Shown: positions 62,560 through 64,000 of the stretch, piece by piece
Numbering within the stretch: the stretch's first letter is position 1
Layout: every line of letters starts with the position of its first letter
Assembly: GCA_041496385.1 (NCBI GenBank)
Contig: JBGQEL010000002.1
Span: 32,001-96,000 of the forward strand
Length of the DNA stretch: 64,000 nucleotides
Direction of reading: 5' to 3'
Origin: Candidatus Methylomirabilia bacterium
GTDB lineage: Bacteria > Methylomirabilota > Methylomirabilia > Rokubacteriales > CSP1-6
Program-made: the position numbers and the translations under genes
Notes under the pieces: model-generated
Database searches by the model: none
Told to the model about the DNA's origin: nothing
The model's input: only the letters and a program-made list of their open reading frames with translations

Positions 62560-62840
62560 TGGGAGTGTTCCGGCTCGATCCCGCGATCTACAACCGCTAC
62601 AAGGATCAGGTCCTGAAGCTCTGCAACTCGTTCCAGCGCATCGACCGGCCCGGGCTCTCCGACAGGCAGATCGCCGAGCAGCTCGGGCTCGACGAGCGCA
62701 CCGTGACCGAGATCCGCTGCGTCGCCGAGCGTGACTGCTATCCGCTGGAGGAGTGGGAGAAGGCGATCGAGTTCAAGCGGAAGGCGACGCTGGAGTGGTC
62801 GGCCCTCGCGCTGAAGCGCCCCGACCTGAAGCCGAAGTGA
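62559..62840 (+). CDS. Small hypothetical protein with HTH-like motif and three Cys
   Basis: TAGTG coupling, AAGGAG upstream; GLSDRQIAEQLGLDERTVTEIR; host-like codon usage. Confidence 0.75.
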   Translation: MGVFRLDPAIYNRYKDQVLKLCNSFQRIDRPGLSDRQIAEQLGLDERTVTEIRCVAERDCYPLEEWEKAIEFKRKATLEWSALALKRPDLKPK

Positions 62841-63064
62841 CCCTCTACTTCTTCGAGCGGATCACCGATGACGACTTCATCGGGCCTGTCATCGTCGCCG
62901 CGCCCTCCGAGGGCGAGGCGTGGCTCGTGCTGGCGCAGCGCGAGCAACACGATATCGACGCGCTCCGCGACCTCGGCTGGCAGATCGCCCAGGACCTCGC
63001 GGCCCTGCCCTCCCGCGCGACGGTCGTCTACCCGAACCACTATCGCCGCGCGATCCTCGACTAG
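62837..63064 (+). CDS. Small hypothetical protein (75 aa)
   Basis: GTGA overlap; MTLYFFERITDDDFIGPVIV...; host-like codon usage. Confidence 0.7.
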   Translation: MTLYFFERITDDDFIGPVIVAAPSEGEAWLVLAQREQHDIDALRDLGWQIAQDLAALPSRATVVYPNHYRRAILD

Positions 63065-63180
63065 CCTGGATTATTCATGAACGAGGATACCGATGTCGGA
63101 CGGGTGGCGCCGCGGGCCTGTGCCCGCGCGGCCGGCGAAGTGGGCCTCGCGTGTGGTCGTTCTTGAATAATCCGGGCTAG
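63061..63180. mobile_element. 112-bp MITE (63065-63176) with 20-bp terminal inverted repeats and CTAG target duplication
   Basis: Left end CCTGGATTATTCATGAACGA vs reverse complement of right end CCCGGATTATTCAAGAACGA (18/20); CTAG at 63061-63064 and 63177-63180. Confidence 0.8.
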
Positions 63181-63938
63181 GCGCGCGGCTTTCGCGCCCG
63201 GATCTCCTCCATCGCCCGCCGGTGCTCGTCCGAGGCGAGACAGCCGGCGAAGAGCGTCTCCATCTCCTTCCGGAACGCGTCGAACTCGAGGTCGAAGGCT
63301 CGCGTGACGAGACGCTTGCTCGCCCGGGCGCTCGCGGGCGGGAGCGCCAGAAACCGCGCGATCGTCTCCTCGAGCACCTGGGCGAAGGCGGCCGCCGGCA
63401 CGACGCGGTTCACGAGGCCGTAGCGCTCCGCCTCGCGGGCGGAGATCGGCTCGCCGAGCAGGATCAGCTCCTTGGCCCGCGCGAGCCCGATGAGCCGCGG
63501 CAGGCGGTAGAGCGACATGGATGGGATGAGGCACTCCTTCACGGCCGGCAGGCCGAGGAGCGCCTCCTCCGCGGCGAGCCGGTAGTCACAGACGAGCGCG
63601 AGCTGCAGGCCCCCGCCGAGGCAGTGGCCGTTGATCCCCGCGATGAAGAGCGTGTCCAGCCGCTCCATCGCGATCATTGCGTCCTCCCAGGCGATGAAGT
63701 CCCCAAGGCCGAAGGCGCCGGCGGCGAGCGCGTTCAGATCCACGCCCGTCGAGAACGCGCGGCCGGCGCCCGTCACGACGACCACGCGCACCTCGGGACG
63801 CTCCGCCAGGAGCGCCACCGCGCGTGTCAGGTCGCGGACCCAGCGCGCGTCGCCGGCGTTCAGCACCTCGGGGCGCTCGAACCGCAGGCGCGCGACGGGA
63901 CCGTCCAGCGCGAGGCGCATCGTTTCCAGGTCGGGCAT
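63177..63938 (-). CDS. Enoyl-CoA hydratase/isomerase family protein
   Basis: RPEVLNA, AFSTGVDL, INGHCLGGG, YGLVNRVVP. Confidence 0.9.
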   Translation of the reverse strand: MPDLETMRLALDGPVARLRFERPEVLNAGDARWVRDLTRAVALLAERPEVRVVVVTGAGRAFSTGVDLNALAAGAFGLGDFIAWEDAMIAMERLDTLFIAGINGHCLGGGLQLALVCDYRLAAEEALLGLPAVKECLIPSMSLYRLPRLIGLARAKELILLGEPISAREAERYGLVNRVVPAAAFAQVLEETIARFLALPPASARASKRLVTRAFDLEFDAFRKEMETLFAGCLASDEHRRAMEEIRARKPRA

Positions 63939-63954
63939 GCGCCCATGGTTTACC

Positions 63955-64000
63955 ATGAAAGGCCTCGTGACCTCCCTGATCGCGCTGCTGTGCCTCCTGG
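63955..64000 (+). CDS. Possible 5' end of a secreted protein running off the window
   Basis: MKGLVTSLIALLCLL... signal-peptide-like, divergent from the crotonase gene. Confidence 0.4.
   Translation, partial: MKGLVTSLIALLCLL

Overview
A gene-dense, very GC-rich (about 70% by eye) bacterial chromosomal segment with about 65 CDSs. I saw no rRNA, tRNA, CRISPR array, transposase or integrase. The gene repertoire (many Liv-type ABC transporters, LLM oxidoreductases, DinB proteins, Mo-hydroxylases, hydantoinases, DUF748 and outer-membrane proteins) suggests a diderm soil heterotroph such as Candidatus Rokubacteria/Methylomirabilota; this is inference only. Contents: mscL-mscS, a DUF2723 GT-C glycosyltransferase, a FecR protein and a TPR/beta-barrel protein, a UroD/MtaA-family gene coupled to an LLM gene, a divergent leuCD-like pair, beta-oxidation-type enzymes, pepP, two Mo-hydroxylase large subunits, two Liv-type ABC systems, a hydantoinase-SDR-Mo-hydroxylase operon, and a 12.5-kb CoA-ligase/ABC/MetE-like operon. 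The strongest candidate for an undescribed system is a translationally coupled four-gene operon at 60869-63064. It encodes two paralogous QueG/reductive-dehalogenase-fold Fe-S proteins with a non-canonical cysteine pattern, plus two small unknown proteins. Non-coding highlights: two palindromic MITE-like elements, each bracketed by CTAG copies that form the stop codons of convergent genes (24393-24589, 63061-63180); a perfect 28-bp inverted repeat read in frame inside the DUF748 gene (12812-12901); a perfect 52-bp tandem duplication over a start codon (53870-53976); and recurrent overlapping bidirectional -10 elements. Many start codons were moved downstream of the ORF-track starts using RBS and stop/start overlaps.
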